NCBI GenBank assembly: GCA_965369865.1
Contig: CBDURU010000001.1
Location: 48,406-112,405 of the forward strand
DNA from: an uncultured bacterium
GTDB lineage: Bacteria > JAJVIF01 > JAPKYR01
Length of the DNA stretch: 64,000 nt
Direction: 5' to 3'
Shown: piece after piece, positions 20,104 through 29,636 of the stretch
Numbering within the stretch: the first letter of the stretch is position 1
How the letters are laid out: every line of letters begins with the position of its first letter
The notes under the pieces: model-generated
Seen by the model: only the letters and a program-made list of their open reading frames with translations
What the model was told of the DNA's origin: nothing
Databases searched by the model: none
Translations under genes and position numbers: made by a program

Positions 20104-21642
20104 ATGCAACTTCCAAGAATTGTTATGTCAGGGGCTTCAGGCTTTGTTGGGCGGCATCTCCTGGACGCCTTAAAGGGGAAATACAAAATTTTCGCTTTGG
20201 CCCGTCGTTCGCAACGCCGTTGCGGTGCTCCAATCCATCCCAATATTTTATGGCATCGTGTTGACATTGGAGATGTCGAGCCATTGGAGGCAATCTTTCA
20301 GAGGATTGTAAACGGCGGGGGTGCGGATATATTCATCCATCTTGCGGCATATTACGATTTCTCCGGAGAGGAACATCCAGAGTATTGGCGAACCAACGTA
20401 GATGGGCTGCGCAACATTCTGAATCTCTGCAAACAATTACGGCTGAAGAAATTTGTTTTCGCCAGTTCCACAGCCGCCTGCAATTTTACCCGCGCTGGTG
20501 AGGTCCTGAACGAAAACAGCCCTCCCGATGGTGAACATATCTATGCCAGAACCAAAAGGATTGGGGAGGAAATGCTCAGAGAATATTCTGAGTCTGTCCC
20601 CTCAACCATCGTTCGATTTGCTGCCTTATTCTCTGATTGGTGTGAATATCCACCCATATACATGTTTCTGGATAGCTGGCTCTCGAATATCTGGATATCC
20701 CGTATACTTGCGGGCAAGGGTAGGAGCTCCATCCCATATCTGCACATACGTGATGTAGTCTCCTTCATTGATAATCTTCTGAACCGGATGGATGATATTG
20801 AGCCCGGGGAGATTTTCATAGCCTCCCCCGATGGTGCAGTGACTCACCAACAGCTCTTTGATGCGGCAACATTGGCATTCTACGGACAAACGAAGAAAGC
20901 GATCCTCTTACCGAAGTTCTTGTGCCGCACTGGAATAATCTTTCGAAGGACCCTTGGGAGAATCACCGGATATCACCCTTTTGAGAATCCCTGGATGTGC
21001 AAGTACATCGACCTTCAGATGAATATGGATGTAAGCAGGACCCGGGAGCGCCTTGGCTGGCATCCGAGACCCCGGCTCGATATCCTGCGTCGAATCCCCT
21101 TTATCGTGGAAAATTTCAGGGCTGAACCGGGCGAATGGGTCCATAGGAATACAGCAGCCCTGAAAGCGGTCCCACAATTACTGCACCTGAAAATCCACAG
21201 CCTTTTGAAAGTCCATGAACGGGAGATCAAGGTAGCGATAACGGAACATATCCTGAGCCCGGAAGGCCAGAAAAAGTTTTCAAATTACCAGGATATGCCT
21301 GCCAAGGATCAAAAATGGGCTCGGAACCAGGTGTTCCTCCACTTGGCAAACGCTATTCGAGCCCAGGACAAATCCGTGTTCAAGGCGTATTGCCAGGAGC
21401 TTGCGGAACATCGATTCGAGCAGGGTTTCAGCCTGCAGAATGTATGCGACGCGCTTGTGGTTTGGAATGAAGTCTGTATACGTATTCTTGAAGAGGACCC
21501 CGCCTCGACTGACCTTCCCAAAAATGCGCTCAGGGACTACGTTTCAATGACCATCCAATTCGGTATCGATGAAGTTCAGGAGGTCTTCGAGCAGTTGGGG
21601 TCTGATGAATACCATCCATATTTGCTGGATATTGAAAGCTGA
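20104..21642 (+). CDS. NAD-dependent epimerase/dehydratase (extended SDR) with a ~180-aa C-terminal extension
   Basis: It has the N-terminal Rossmann motif VMSGASGFVGRHLLDAL and a YxxxK context (YARTKRIGE). The C-terminal third is unassigned. Confidence 0.7.
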   Translation: MQLPRIVMSGASGFVGRHLLDALKGKYKIFALARRSQRRCGAPIHPNILWHRVDIGDVEPLEAIFQRIVNGGGADIFIHLAAYYDFSGEEHPEYWRTNVDGLRNILNLCKQLRLKKFVFASSTAACNFTRAGEVLNENSPPDGEHIYARTKRIGEEMLREYSESVPSTIVRFAALFSDWCEYPPIYMFLDSWLSNIWISRILAGKGRSSIPYLHIRDVVSFIDNLLNRMDDIEPGEIFIASPDGAVTHQQLFDAATLAFYGQTKKAILLPKFLCRTGIIFRRTLGRITGYHPFENPWMCKYIDLQMNMDVSRTRERLGWHPRPRLDILRRIPFIVENFRAEPGEWVHRNTAALKAVPQLLHLKIHSLLKVHEREIKVAITEHILSPEGQKKFSNYQDMPAKDQKWARNQVFLHLANAIRAQDKSVFKAYCQELAEHRFEQGFSLQNVCDALVVWNEVCIRILEEDPASTDLPKNALRDYVSMTIQFGIDEVQEVFEQLGSDEYHPYLLDIES

Positions 21643-21646
21643 TTGC

Positions 21647-22030
21647 TCACTCGACAGGCCTGGCTCTCAGGCTCTGGCGATGGATAACATAAACCACTAT
21701 TCCCATCAGAGCGTCGGCAATACCGGAAAAAAGGACTACCCACCCCGATTCCCCCATGATGGTAATACTAAGAAGGAAGACGGTCGCGATCGCTTTTGCT
21801 GTCAGGAGCAACAGAACGCCCCTGTAACGGAAATGCTCGACCAGGTAACCAGTAGCCAGGACAATATGGAATATCCCTGCCTGACGGGGGAAAAAGAGTG
21901 GCTCGACATTCTCCCACCCGGCCAGCTGGAATCCCCAGGGAGGAGCCCAGAGCAAAACTATCCCGATAGCAAAACTATGCAATGCTATCAAAATAATGAT
22001 GTACCGTTCTATCCTAGCCATTTTGCTCAC
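21647..22030 (-). CDS. Small integral membrane protein (about 4 TM helices), function unknown
   Basis: It is 127 aa and predominantly hydrophobic. It is convergent with the SDR gene, with the stops 4 nt apart. Confidence 0.5.
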   Translation of the reverse strand: MSKMARIERYIIILIALHSFAIGIVLLWAPPWGFQLAGWENVEPLFFPRQAGIFHIVLATGYLVEHFRYRGVLLLLTAKAIATVFLLSITIMGESGWVVLFSGIADALMGIVVYVIHRQSLRARPVE

Positions 22031-22264
22031 CTTACGCGATATTAGGCCAGTCCTCCTCCTGAACGCCCGCCGTCCTGCTTGTCTGTTGACTTGAGGGTCC
22101 GAAGAATATCACGGACCAGCCGTAGCCAGCAAATGGACTGATCCAGGATCGCTGTTATGGATTCACCGGAGGCGTAAGCTCGACTTTCGCCAAAAATTTA
22201 TAGGGTTGAGCACCTCTATGGCATGGTTTGCTTATCAACAAAAAAGCCATGGAGGACTCAACCG

Positions 22265-22540
22265 ATGAGTATTATAACACTGTTTTCCGAATTCTCTCAA
22301 GCAAGGATAAGGCAAAAGCATAAAAACCTGGTTGTGCTTCCAAGGGGCGCGAAACTCGACGAGAGGAAGATGGCAAGGGCCCTTTCTAACTTGATTCTCA
22401 AACTTGTTCCAAAAGATAATGTTGTGAATCTTGTTATTGACGACACACTGGTCCGACGCTTCGGGCCGTATGTCGCGGGGCTTTGGGTGCAATGCGATGG
22501 GTTGTCCTGGCCATCGAACGTGATACGCCAGGGATCACAC
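22265..22540 (+). pseudogene. Possible N-terminal fragment of a DDE (IS701/IS4-like) transposase, truncated next to the tRNA
   Basis: The translation ...ARALSNLILKLVPKDNVVNLVIDDTLVRRFGPYVAGLWVQCDG resembles the region around the first catalytic Asp (hhhhDDT..+.G....G) of IS701-like transposases. The reading frame then runs into the antisense of the tRNA-Gln. Confidence 0.25.
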
Positions 22541-22599
22541 TTTCCGGGTCAATATATTGGAAACCCCCTGCTTAAGATCAGGGGGATTATTTGCGCTTA

Positions 22600-22670
22600 C
22601 TGGGGCGGATGGATTCGAACCATCGATACAGGCTCCAAAGGCCCGTGCCTTACCGCTTGGCGACGCCCCA
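22600..22670 (-). tRNA. tRNA-Gln (anticodon UUG)
   Basis: The reverse complement reads TGGGGCGTCGCCAAGCGGTAAGGCACGGGCCTTTGGAGCCTGTATCGATGGTTCGAATCCATCCGCCCCA(G). It has a 7-bp acceptor stem with U1:A72, a D-arm identical to E. coli tRNA-Gln, the anticodon loop CT-TTG-GA, the T-arm GATGG-TTCGAAT-CCATC and discriminator G. No CCA is encoded. Confidence 0.9.
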
Positions 22671-22951
22671 CCGGACAAATAAAACGTAACAGCGCTTAAT
22701 TCGGCTGTCAAGAGGCTGTCATAATATTATCCGGAATTCTCATCCCCTGTAAGTGGAATCTTTGCAGTACTGATGCGAATTCCGGAAAATATCTATTTTA
22801 CTCCCTGCTTGACTCATATTGACTGCTTTAATATACTTTCCGGGTCTGCGTAGGAATTAAATCTGATTAACCCGGTAGGCATGTGCGCGATCTGTGTGAG
22901 CAGCACATTTTTACATCTTAAAATCTCAGTGAGCCGACAGGAGGCTAAATA

Positions 22952-24328
22952 ATGAAACATCTACATCGAGTATTTAGTGGGACACTAATCATTGGTATCA
23001 TGCTTACAGTTTTTTTTATGATTCAAGGTTGCGGTGGCGGAGAGACAACAACTCCAACTCCCGATCCACCAACCGTGGCAAGCATCGCTGATTTAAAGGG
23101 AGCTTCCTGGCAGGATTATGTAGGCCTTGAGGTCGCAGTAACCGGGATTTTTGTGGTTGATCCTGTCCCGATGATCGTACAAAACATTGAAGACGTCATC
23201 ATGAACACGGGTAAGCTTTACGAGGATTACTTATTATTGAGCGGTGACGAAATAGCCAAAATTGTCCCTGAGGACGTCGGCGGAGCAAAAATTAAGGTCA
23301 CAGGTACTGTCATTGCTCGGGACCCCAAGGATGAAGATGATGACAAAGTGGAAGTACAGTTGAAAATATATGAAATTCAAGAAAGGCTCTATGTATTATA
23401 CCCGTATCACTGGCATCCTGAACTCTTCGAATTTGCTATTGAGGACAGGTATGCGGTCCTCTTCAGCGGCGGTATCAACGCCAACAGCAACTATTCACGC
23501 TATTGGAACGACCTGAAGTTCATGTACAGCACGCTGATAAATAACTGTAGTTTTGCCGCCGCTAATATTACGGTGCTCTACGCGAATGGTGTCGCTAAAG
23601 ATACCGATATGCCGGTCGATGATTCGGCGACACAGGCCAATCTTGAGGCCGCGTTCGCTGACCTGGAAGAAATCTCAGGCTCGACTGACACTATTTTCTT
23701 CTTCGCTACCAACCACGGTGGTGGGTTCTATGAAGATGAAACCCATCCCCACTGGTACGGGGGGCGTAGAGACACCAACGGCGATGAAGGTGCCGAAAAT
23801 ATCTCCGAAGCCACGTGGGGGATTGATTTCGACAGCGACGGGTCCACGAACGATTTCGTGGCTTGGGACGAGGAACTGTTCTCATGGGGCGGAGATATCT
23901 ATGATGACTCGTTCACAGCGATGTTCAACGAAAACCTCAACTACGATACGTTGATAGTCGTGCTCGAACAGTGCTTCAGTGGCGGCCTTATCCTCGATAT
24001 GGCACAGGGCCAGGGAGACATCATTGTGATGGCTGCCTCGGGACAGTATGAACCATCATGGGCGATGGCTCCCACTTACAGTTTCGATGAATTCTCATAC
24101 GATGTCACTTCCGCACTCAACGGTGCGAACCACCTCGGCACAATTGTCAATGCTGACACGAACGGCGACAGTGAAGTCACGATGGATGAAGTGTTCAATT
24201 ACGCCAGGTCTCACGACTCGGCTTCTGAAACACCTGAGTACGAAGACAGCGGCGATGGTGTAGCGACCTCGAACGCGCTGCCATCCGGAGCAGATGGTGC
24301 GCTTGGCGCTACCGTATCGTTTGATTAG
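22952..24328 (+). CDS. Lipoprotein with a clan-CD (legumain/gingipain-like) cysteine-peptidase domain and a C-terminal dockerin/EF-hand-like Ca-binding motif
   Basis: GGAGG lies upstream of the ATG. It has a signal peptide with lipobox MIQGC. The His motif is FFFATNHGGG and the Cys motif is VVLEQCFSGG, in the order and spacing typical of clan CD. It also has DTNGDSEVTMDEV near the C-terminus. Confidence 0.65.
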   Translation: MKHLHRVFSGTLIIGIMLTVFFMIQGCGGGETTTPTPDPPTVASIADLKGASWQDYVGLEVAVTGIFVVDPVPMIVQNIEDVIMNTGKLYEDYLLLSGDEIAKIVPEDVGGAKIKVTGTVIARDPKDEDDDKVEVQLKIYEIQERLYVLYPYHWHPELFEFAIEDRYAVLFSGGINANSNYSRYWNDLKFMYSTLINNCSFAAANITVLYANGVAKDTDMPVDDSATQANLEAAFADLEEISGSTDTIFFFATNHGGGFYEDETHPHWYGGRRDTNGDEGAENISEATWGIDFDSDGSTNDFVAWDEELFSWGGDIYDDSFTAMFNENLNYDTLIVVLEQCFSGGLILDMAQGQGDIIVMAASGQYEPSWAMAPTYSFDEFSYDVTSALNGANHLGTIVNADTNGDSEVTMDEVFNYARSHDSASETPEYEDSGDGVATSNALPSGADGALGATVSFD

Positions 24329-24362
24329 TATTGAGTCAGACTTAAATTTCTGAAACAACCGA

Positions 24363-24388
24363 CCCGGCATGCATGTGCCGGGTTTTTT
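24363..24388 (+). terminator. Rho-independent terminator
   Basis: The hairpin is CCCGGCA-tgcatg-TGCCGGG followed by TTTTTT. It starts 35 nt after the stop at 24328 and lies between convergent genes. Confidence 0.8.
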
Positions 24389-24411
24389 CATGTAAAAAAG
24401 CTTTGGTAAGG

Positions 24412-24882
24412 TTAAATTACCGATACGGTTATCAGGATCGTGCAATCAGGATTAGAAACACTTTCCTCTCCCGGAATTGATAGAAGGACCTTCCAGAAAT
24501 TATCATCCCGGATTACATCGGGCCCAAAACTATCAACTGTCGTACCGGATGACTCGTTGATTGCCACATCGTTGACTGATAACAACCAGGGTGCCATGCC
24601 CCAGTCATCGGCGGTTTGACCATCCTGAGGTCCATCCAGTATTAAAGCGTCAAACTGCAGTACCCGATTGCTGTTAAGATCGTAGTTAACGTCCCCAATA
24701 TCCTGGACAATATCGAAATCATCAAATTCATTCCACATTAAGTTTATGGCTGCACCGTTATTAACCTCAGACCTGATTATGGTTTCGATGGTAATTTTAA
24801 CATCGACACCCTGAGTCGCATCCGCTACTGCAGGTGCGGCATGAAGAAGGAAAAGGGCGATAAAAATGAGCAATTTCCGCAT
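24412..24882 (-). CDS. Small secreted protein, function unknown
   Basis: The internal ATG at 24882 gives the classic signal peptide MRKLLIFIALFLLHAAPAVA. The track ORF extends to 24948. Confidence 0.55.
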   Translation of the reverse strand: MRKLLIFIALFLLHAAPAVADATQGVDVKITIETIIRSEVNNGAAINLMWNEFDDFDIVQDIGDVNYDLNSNRVLQFDALILDGPQDGQTADDWGMAPWLLSVNDVAINESSGTTVDSFGPDVIRDDNFWKVLLSIPGEESVSNPDCTILITVSVI

Positions 24883-24948
24883 GTTTACCTCTGTCTGTTG
24901 AGATGCAGCTTCATACCGGTTTCGTAGCTTCAAACCACAACCTTCCAA

Positions 24949-25719
24949 CTACGCATGACCCATTATTTCCCTGGCCATTGTTAAATCTTCCGGTTTGTCC
25001 ACATCGAACCCGACCTCCGGGTACGGTGTGATTATGCTCCTCATCGTGGCGCCGAGAATCTGGGTTGCTTTATCCTCCAGACCTTTAATGTTTAACTGCC
25101 TCAGTGCGAATTTGACTATGAACGGCAGCCCGAACAGCCGCACAAGCTTCGCCGGCGACTTGCGATCCCGTATAACAGCCTCGATTTTATCACGGTTCCT
25201 GAGGACCTGCTCCGGTTCAAATACAAAAACATTTCCACCCGTATATGTGCCCTCTTTCAATTTTTGTGTCGTACGTTTTCCGCCGGGAAATTTCCTGTCG
25301 AATTCCTTAACATCAATTATCGGGTAATAAACCTGGGCATCGATTTTGTCAACTTCACCCGCAATAAACCTGAATGCCTCCGGGGTTATAAACGGGATAT
25401 CGCACGTGGTTGTCAGCACCCGCGGATGGCTTCTGAAGTGCTCGAGACCGGCCATGAAATTTTCGAGCATACTGTTTTTGTCCTGGAGGACCTCGTGTTC
25501 GCCCAGCCCGAACGTGGAACGCATGCGGTCTACATTTCCAATGCAGTAGATTTCATCAAAAACATCGCATTTACGGATCGCGTCGAGTACCCATGAAAGC
25601 ATCGGACGTCCGCCTATATCGATAAACGCGCGTTCCTTTTCCGGTTCCCCCGCATCCAGAATTTTATCGGGTGTGGAACCTCCCGCCAGAATCACTACCG
25701 GATATTTTTTACCAGTCAT
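24949..25719 (-). CDS. MobA-like NTP-transferase (nucleotidyltransferase) family protein
   Basis: It has the N-terminal YPVVILAGGS..... motif of sugar/cofactor nucleotidyltransferases and is 256 aa. Confidence 0.65.
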   Translation of the reverse strand: MTGKKYPVVILAGGSTPDKILDAGEPEKERAFIDIGGRPMLSWVLDAIRKCDVFDEIYCIGNVDRMRSTFGLGEHEVLQDKNSMLENFMAGLEHFRSHPRVLTTTCDIPFITPEAFRFIAGEVDKIDAQVYYPIIDVKEFDRKFPGGKRTTQKLKEGTYTGGNVFVFEPEQVLRNRDKIEAVIRDRKSPAKLVRLFGLPFIVKFALRQLNIKGLEDKATQILGATMRSIITPYPEVGFDVDKPEDLTMAREIMGHA

Positions 25720-25828
25720 TGTGCGCCCTCATCTCCAGGATTTTCATCAATTTTGATTCTACCGCTATTTAGGAAAAATTGGAATATAAATATTCAATGG
25801 ATGTGTTTGGTACCAGCTAAATTTCCCC

Positions 25829-28402
25829 CTACGGCGCATATCGCGCGATGAAGATATCTCTACTTCCGTTCGAATTCATGTTGGTCTCGTATGGTTCACC
25901 CTGACCAAATGTAGCTGACTCTTGAAATTCCCCAGTCAGAACTGTTGAATCATCTGTTAGCACGGTGATGCCATTTGGCTTATCATAATCAGGTCCTCCA
26001 GCTTGCTTCACCCATGCCAGACTGCCGTCAGGATCAAACCTTGCGATAAAAATTTCAGTTATCCCTGTAAAATTCAGTATAGTCTCATTCAACTCACCAA
26101 TACCAAATGTGGCATTTTTGGAAATAACTCCTGTAACAACGGTAGAATTATCAGAAAGCGTTATGATGCTGCGACCCTCGTCCATTGAAGAACCACCGGC
26201 TTGCTTGACCCATACCAGGCTACCGTCAGGATTGTATCGCGCGATGAAGATATCAGGAAAACCTCCTGAATCCAGAACGGTCTCATTTGGTTCACCAAGA
26301 CCAAATGTCGCTGATTGACTGAACTCTCCAGTAACAACGATTGAATCATCAGAATATGTAGCGATGCCGTAACCGCCATCAAAATGAGCTGCTCCACCGG
26401 CCTGCTTTACCCATACCAGGCTACCGTCAGGACTATATCGTGAGATGAAAATATCATTCCCTCCTGCCGATTCAAGTACAATCTCGTTTGGCTCACCCTG
26501 ACCAAATGTGGCTGAAGCCTCGAAGTATCCGGTGATGACTGTTGAATCGTCAGAAAGGGTAGTAATTGCTTTGCAAACATCCCAATCAGTACCACCGACT
26601 TGCTTCGCCCATGCCAGGGTGCCATCGGCATTGTACTTTGCAATGAACATATCGACTCCTCCTGCTGAATTCAGTGTGGTTTCGTTAGGTTCACCCTGGC
26701 CAAATGTGGCTGAAACACCAAGAGGATAGCCGAAGTATCCACTCACAACAGCTGAACTATCTGACTGCGTTGATATACAATAACCAATGTCCCCATTCGA
26801 ACCGCCAGCTTGTTTCGCCCATGCCAGACTCCCGTCAGGATCGTACCGCGCGATGAAGATATCATTACCTCCTGCCGAATTTAGAACGATCTCGTTTGGT
26901 TCACCCTGACCAAAAGTGGCTGAATCACTGAATCTACCACACACTACGGATGTATCATCAGAAAAAGAATCGATGCCATTGCCTCTATCCCAATCAATGC
27001 CACCGATTTGTTTCACCCATACTAGATTTCCGTCAGGATTATACCGTGCAATGAAAACATCAGAGTCTCCAGCCGAAATCAGAACGGTCTCGTTTGGTTC
27101 ACCCTGACCGAATGTGGCTGAATCAAGGAACCGTCCGGTCACGATAATTGAATTATCAGCAAGCGTAGTGATACTGTTGCCGTAATCCGATGAAGAGCCT
27201 CCGGCATGTTTTGCCCAGATAATATCCCCGTCAGTGTTATCAACAACCTCCAGATTGTAAGTCTGGTATGCCCTCAGATCGAGCCACGGGGCTTCATATG
27301 GATTATTTTCTATCGCTTCGACTCCAATCAGGCAAATGTAATTCCCAACCGACGTATGGTTATAGTTCGATACAGTTTTCTCAAAACGAGTGTAATCAGC
27401 TTCATTGCTGACCCAGGTTCCTGTGAGTACACCATCAAATAGCTCAGGGCACTCAATCAACGGAGCGTGATGTGTCAATTTCCCCTGCCAGTCATAGACG
27501 TCAATTAGGAGCCTGGTTAATCCTCCGGTAGTTCTAAGACCATAACCAATCTTCTGTTCAGTCACAACGACTTTCCATGGTTCAGGACAATTCGCATCGA
27601 TATCAAAATCAGTCAGCGGATCATCAACCGGCGTTTCTATCGGCGGCCACCAGTTCGCGTCGACCGCGTAGCCGATCACAAAAGACCCGGCTGGAAGTTG
27701 CAGCGAAAATGTCTGCACATCCCATGATCCGGCGTAAAACGCGTTACGATTATTCAGTGGATCGTCGGTTATGAAATATTTGTATCCATTGATGTCAGAA
27801 TCCGGGACCATCCACGTTGCCAGTTTTCCCTGGAAATATTTTTGTAAATCTCCAACAGGTGCCGTTATGGTTGATCCGTTATATAAGGCAGTGTAACCGT
27901 CAGGATTGAGAACCGCGCCATCGCCGAGAGCCGGATCGGATATCGACTTCCCCGCGACTGGAAATTCATGGCTTCCATTAAACATCATTATGCCGCGAAC
28001 ATCGAAGACCGAGTATAACAGGTCATCGAGCGGATGATCGATCTGAATATCGATATTCAGCTTGTCAGGTTCGGGGAAATCGAAACCTACAACTCTGAAG
28101 CAATCATCACAAGGGGCAATTTCAAGTAACTTCAGAATATTGAGGTGAATTTCTCCCTGACGTACCGGGACTACCTCAAACTGTGGACCGTCCGGATGGT
28201 TCGGGTCGACGAAAATGTAACCGTAATTCATGAGGTAATGACCGGTGCCATCAGAATTTGCGTCCAATTCTTCTCTGACTGTCAATTCTGGAGAGGGGAC
28301 AGAATCATCCGGAGAAACTGGTTGAGTCGAATTCCCGGAGCAGCCGCATAAAATCATCCCTGCGACCGCTATTAAAAATAAGCTGCGGATTGAAGGAATC
28401 AT
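25829..28402 (-). CDS. Lipoprotein: conserved ~330-aa N-terminal domain of unknown function plus ~8 SBBP beta-propeller repeats
   Basis: It has the lipobox ILCGCSG. Its N-domain is shared with the 53203..56601 protein (GEIHLNILKLLE..PC.DCF, YSVFDVRGIMMFNGSH, GYAVDANWW.PIETPVDDPLTDFD.DANCPEPWK). The C-terminal half carries DIFIARY.PDGSL.W.KQAGG repeats. Confidence 0.85.
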   Translation of the reverse strand: MIPSIRSLFLIAVAGMILCGCSGNSTQPVSPDDSVPSPELTVREELDANSDGTGHYLMNYGYIFVDPNHPDGPQFEVVPVRQGEIHLNILKLLEIAPCDDCFRVVGFDFPEPDKLNIDIQIDHPLDDLLYSVFDVRGIMMFNGSHEFPVAGKSISDPALGDGAVLNPDGYTALYNGSTITAPVGDLQKYFQGKLATWMVPDSDINGYKYFITDDPLNNRNAFYAGSWDVQTFSLQLPAGSFVIGYAVDANWWPPIETPVDDPLTDFDIDANCPEPWKVVVTEQKIGYGLRTTGGLTRLLIDVYDWQGKLTHHAPLIECPELFDGVLTGTWVSNEADYTRFEKTVSNYNHTSVGNYICLIGVEAIENNPYEAPWLDLRAYQTYNLEVVDNTDGDIIWAKHAGGSSSDYGNSITTLADNSIIVTGRFLDSATFGQGEPNETVLISAGDSDVFIARYNPDGNLVWVKQIGGIDWDRGNGIDSFSDDTSVVCGRFSDSATFGQGEPNEIVLNSAGGNDIFIARYDPDGSLAWAKQAGGSNGDIGYCISTQSDSSAVVSGYFGYPLGVSATFGQGEPNETTLNSAGGVDMFIAKYNADGTLAWAKQVGGTDWDVCKAITTLSDDSTVITGYFEASATFGQGEPNEIVLESAGGNDIFISRYSPDGSLVWVKQAGGAAHFDGGYGIATYSDDSIVVTGEFSQSATFGLGEPNETVLDSGGFPDIFIARYNPDGSLVWVKQAGGSSMDEGRSIITLSDNSTVVTGVISKNATFGIGELNETILNFTGITEIFIARFDPDGSLAWVKQAGGPDYDKPNGITVLTDDSTVLTGEFQESATFGQGEPYETNMNSNGSRDIFIARYAP

Positions 28403-28525
28403 TTGTAAAACCTCCTATGCTATCCACGTTAATATAAGAGTATTATACCATTAACGAACTTATTTTCCTTAAATATTATATCTGTTAGACCTGTTCGGGA
28501 TTGCCAATCAAGGACTGGATTAACC

Positions 28526-29446
28526 CTACCCTATCCTCATTCCCTGCCCGACGGGCCTTGCCAGAACCACACTTTCACCGGCTATGGGACTATAGCTGTC
28601 GCGTGCTTTAAACGCATCCGTCATGGATGGGTACCATGCAAAAAAAGTGGAACCGGAACCCGACATCAGTGCATGCCCCGCGTGATTTCTCAGGTTTTCA
28701 TGTATAGCCTTAAGTTCGGGATGGTAATTGATAACAGGATTTTCAAAATCATTATGAAACAGGTAAGAGAAATCGCCATATCCTATTCCTGTCAGCCAGC
28801 TTTCAAGAACTGAAAGATGCTCAATCCAAAGGCTGTCCCACTTTCGAACTTCCGTTTCACGCGCTGAGTCGATAGCGTCATAGGCCGGTCCGGTTTCAAC
28901 CTTTACCGGCGGCAATACAAGCAGAAACGCACCCTCAGGGAATTTCCGATCCAGGCCTTCAGGCAATGGCTCCAGGATCTCACCCTTTCCACGGACCAGG
29001 ACAGTCCCACCCTGCAGGCAAAATGGTATGTCGCTCCCGATTTCCGCAGCTAATTTGAATAATAATTCGGATGGTTTTTCCGGACACCAGAGCTTCCGAA
29101 GGGCAATCAATGTTGCCGCTGCATTTGAACTTCCACCTGCCAGACCACCCATCGGAGGTATATTCTTAACAATATGGATTTTCAGCCCGTAATCTGTCAG
29201 GTTAATTGATTTCGCGAGTATTTCCGCCGCTTTCCAGACAAGGTTCCTGTCATCGGTCGGGATTTCAGGATCGTTACAGGTTATCCGGATACCGCAATTG
29301 CCGTTACGCGTTTCATCAAAAGTAAGCGTGTCAGCGAGGTCTATGGACTGCATAATACTGATGATGTCGTGGAATCCATCGGGACGTTTACCGTAGACCT
29401 TGAGAAAAAGGTTCAGTTTCGCGTAGGATTTAACGGATAGAATCAT
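28526..29446 (-). CDS. ispE: 4-diphosphocytidyl-2-C-methyl-D-erythritol kinase
   Basis: It has KLNLFLKV..KRPDGFHDI and the GHMP-kinase motif PMGGGLAGGSSNAAA, and is 306 aa. Confidence 0.9.
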   Translation of the reverse strand: MILSVKSYAKLNLFLKVYGKRPDGFHDIISIMQSIDLADTLTFDETRNGNCGIRITCNDPEIPTDDRNLVWKAAEILAKSINLTDYGLKIHIVKNIPPMGGLAGGSSNAAATLIALRKLWCPEKPSELLFKLAAEIGSDIPFCLQGGTVLVRGKGEILEPLPEGLDRKFPEGAFLLVLPPVKVETGPAYDAIDSARETEVRKWDSLWIEHLSVLESWLTGIGYGDFSYLFHNDFENPVINYHPELKAIHENLRNHAGHALMSGSGSTFFAWYPSMTDAFKARDSYSPIAGESVVLARPVGQGMRIG

Positions 29447-29636
29447 TGATCTACGGCCTCACTCAATGGATTCGATTCAAAAAACTCCTGTTCAGGATTG
29501 GCACTGAAGCTCTGTCATGGATATACTTACAGGAAAATTAATCGGGAACACCCGGGCATTATTTTAACATTATATGTTTTGGATTCAATTCATGCAATTA
29601 AACCAGTACAGGCCAAACGGATAATTAAACTCAATC

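Noticed and set aside
22223-22699. A 158-aa ORF from the six-frame track, considered as an intact gene
   Set aside because: Its last third is simply the antisense translation of the tRNA-Gln (22600-22670). At most its first ~100 codons are a transposase relic, which I listed with low confidence.
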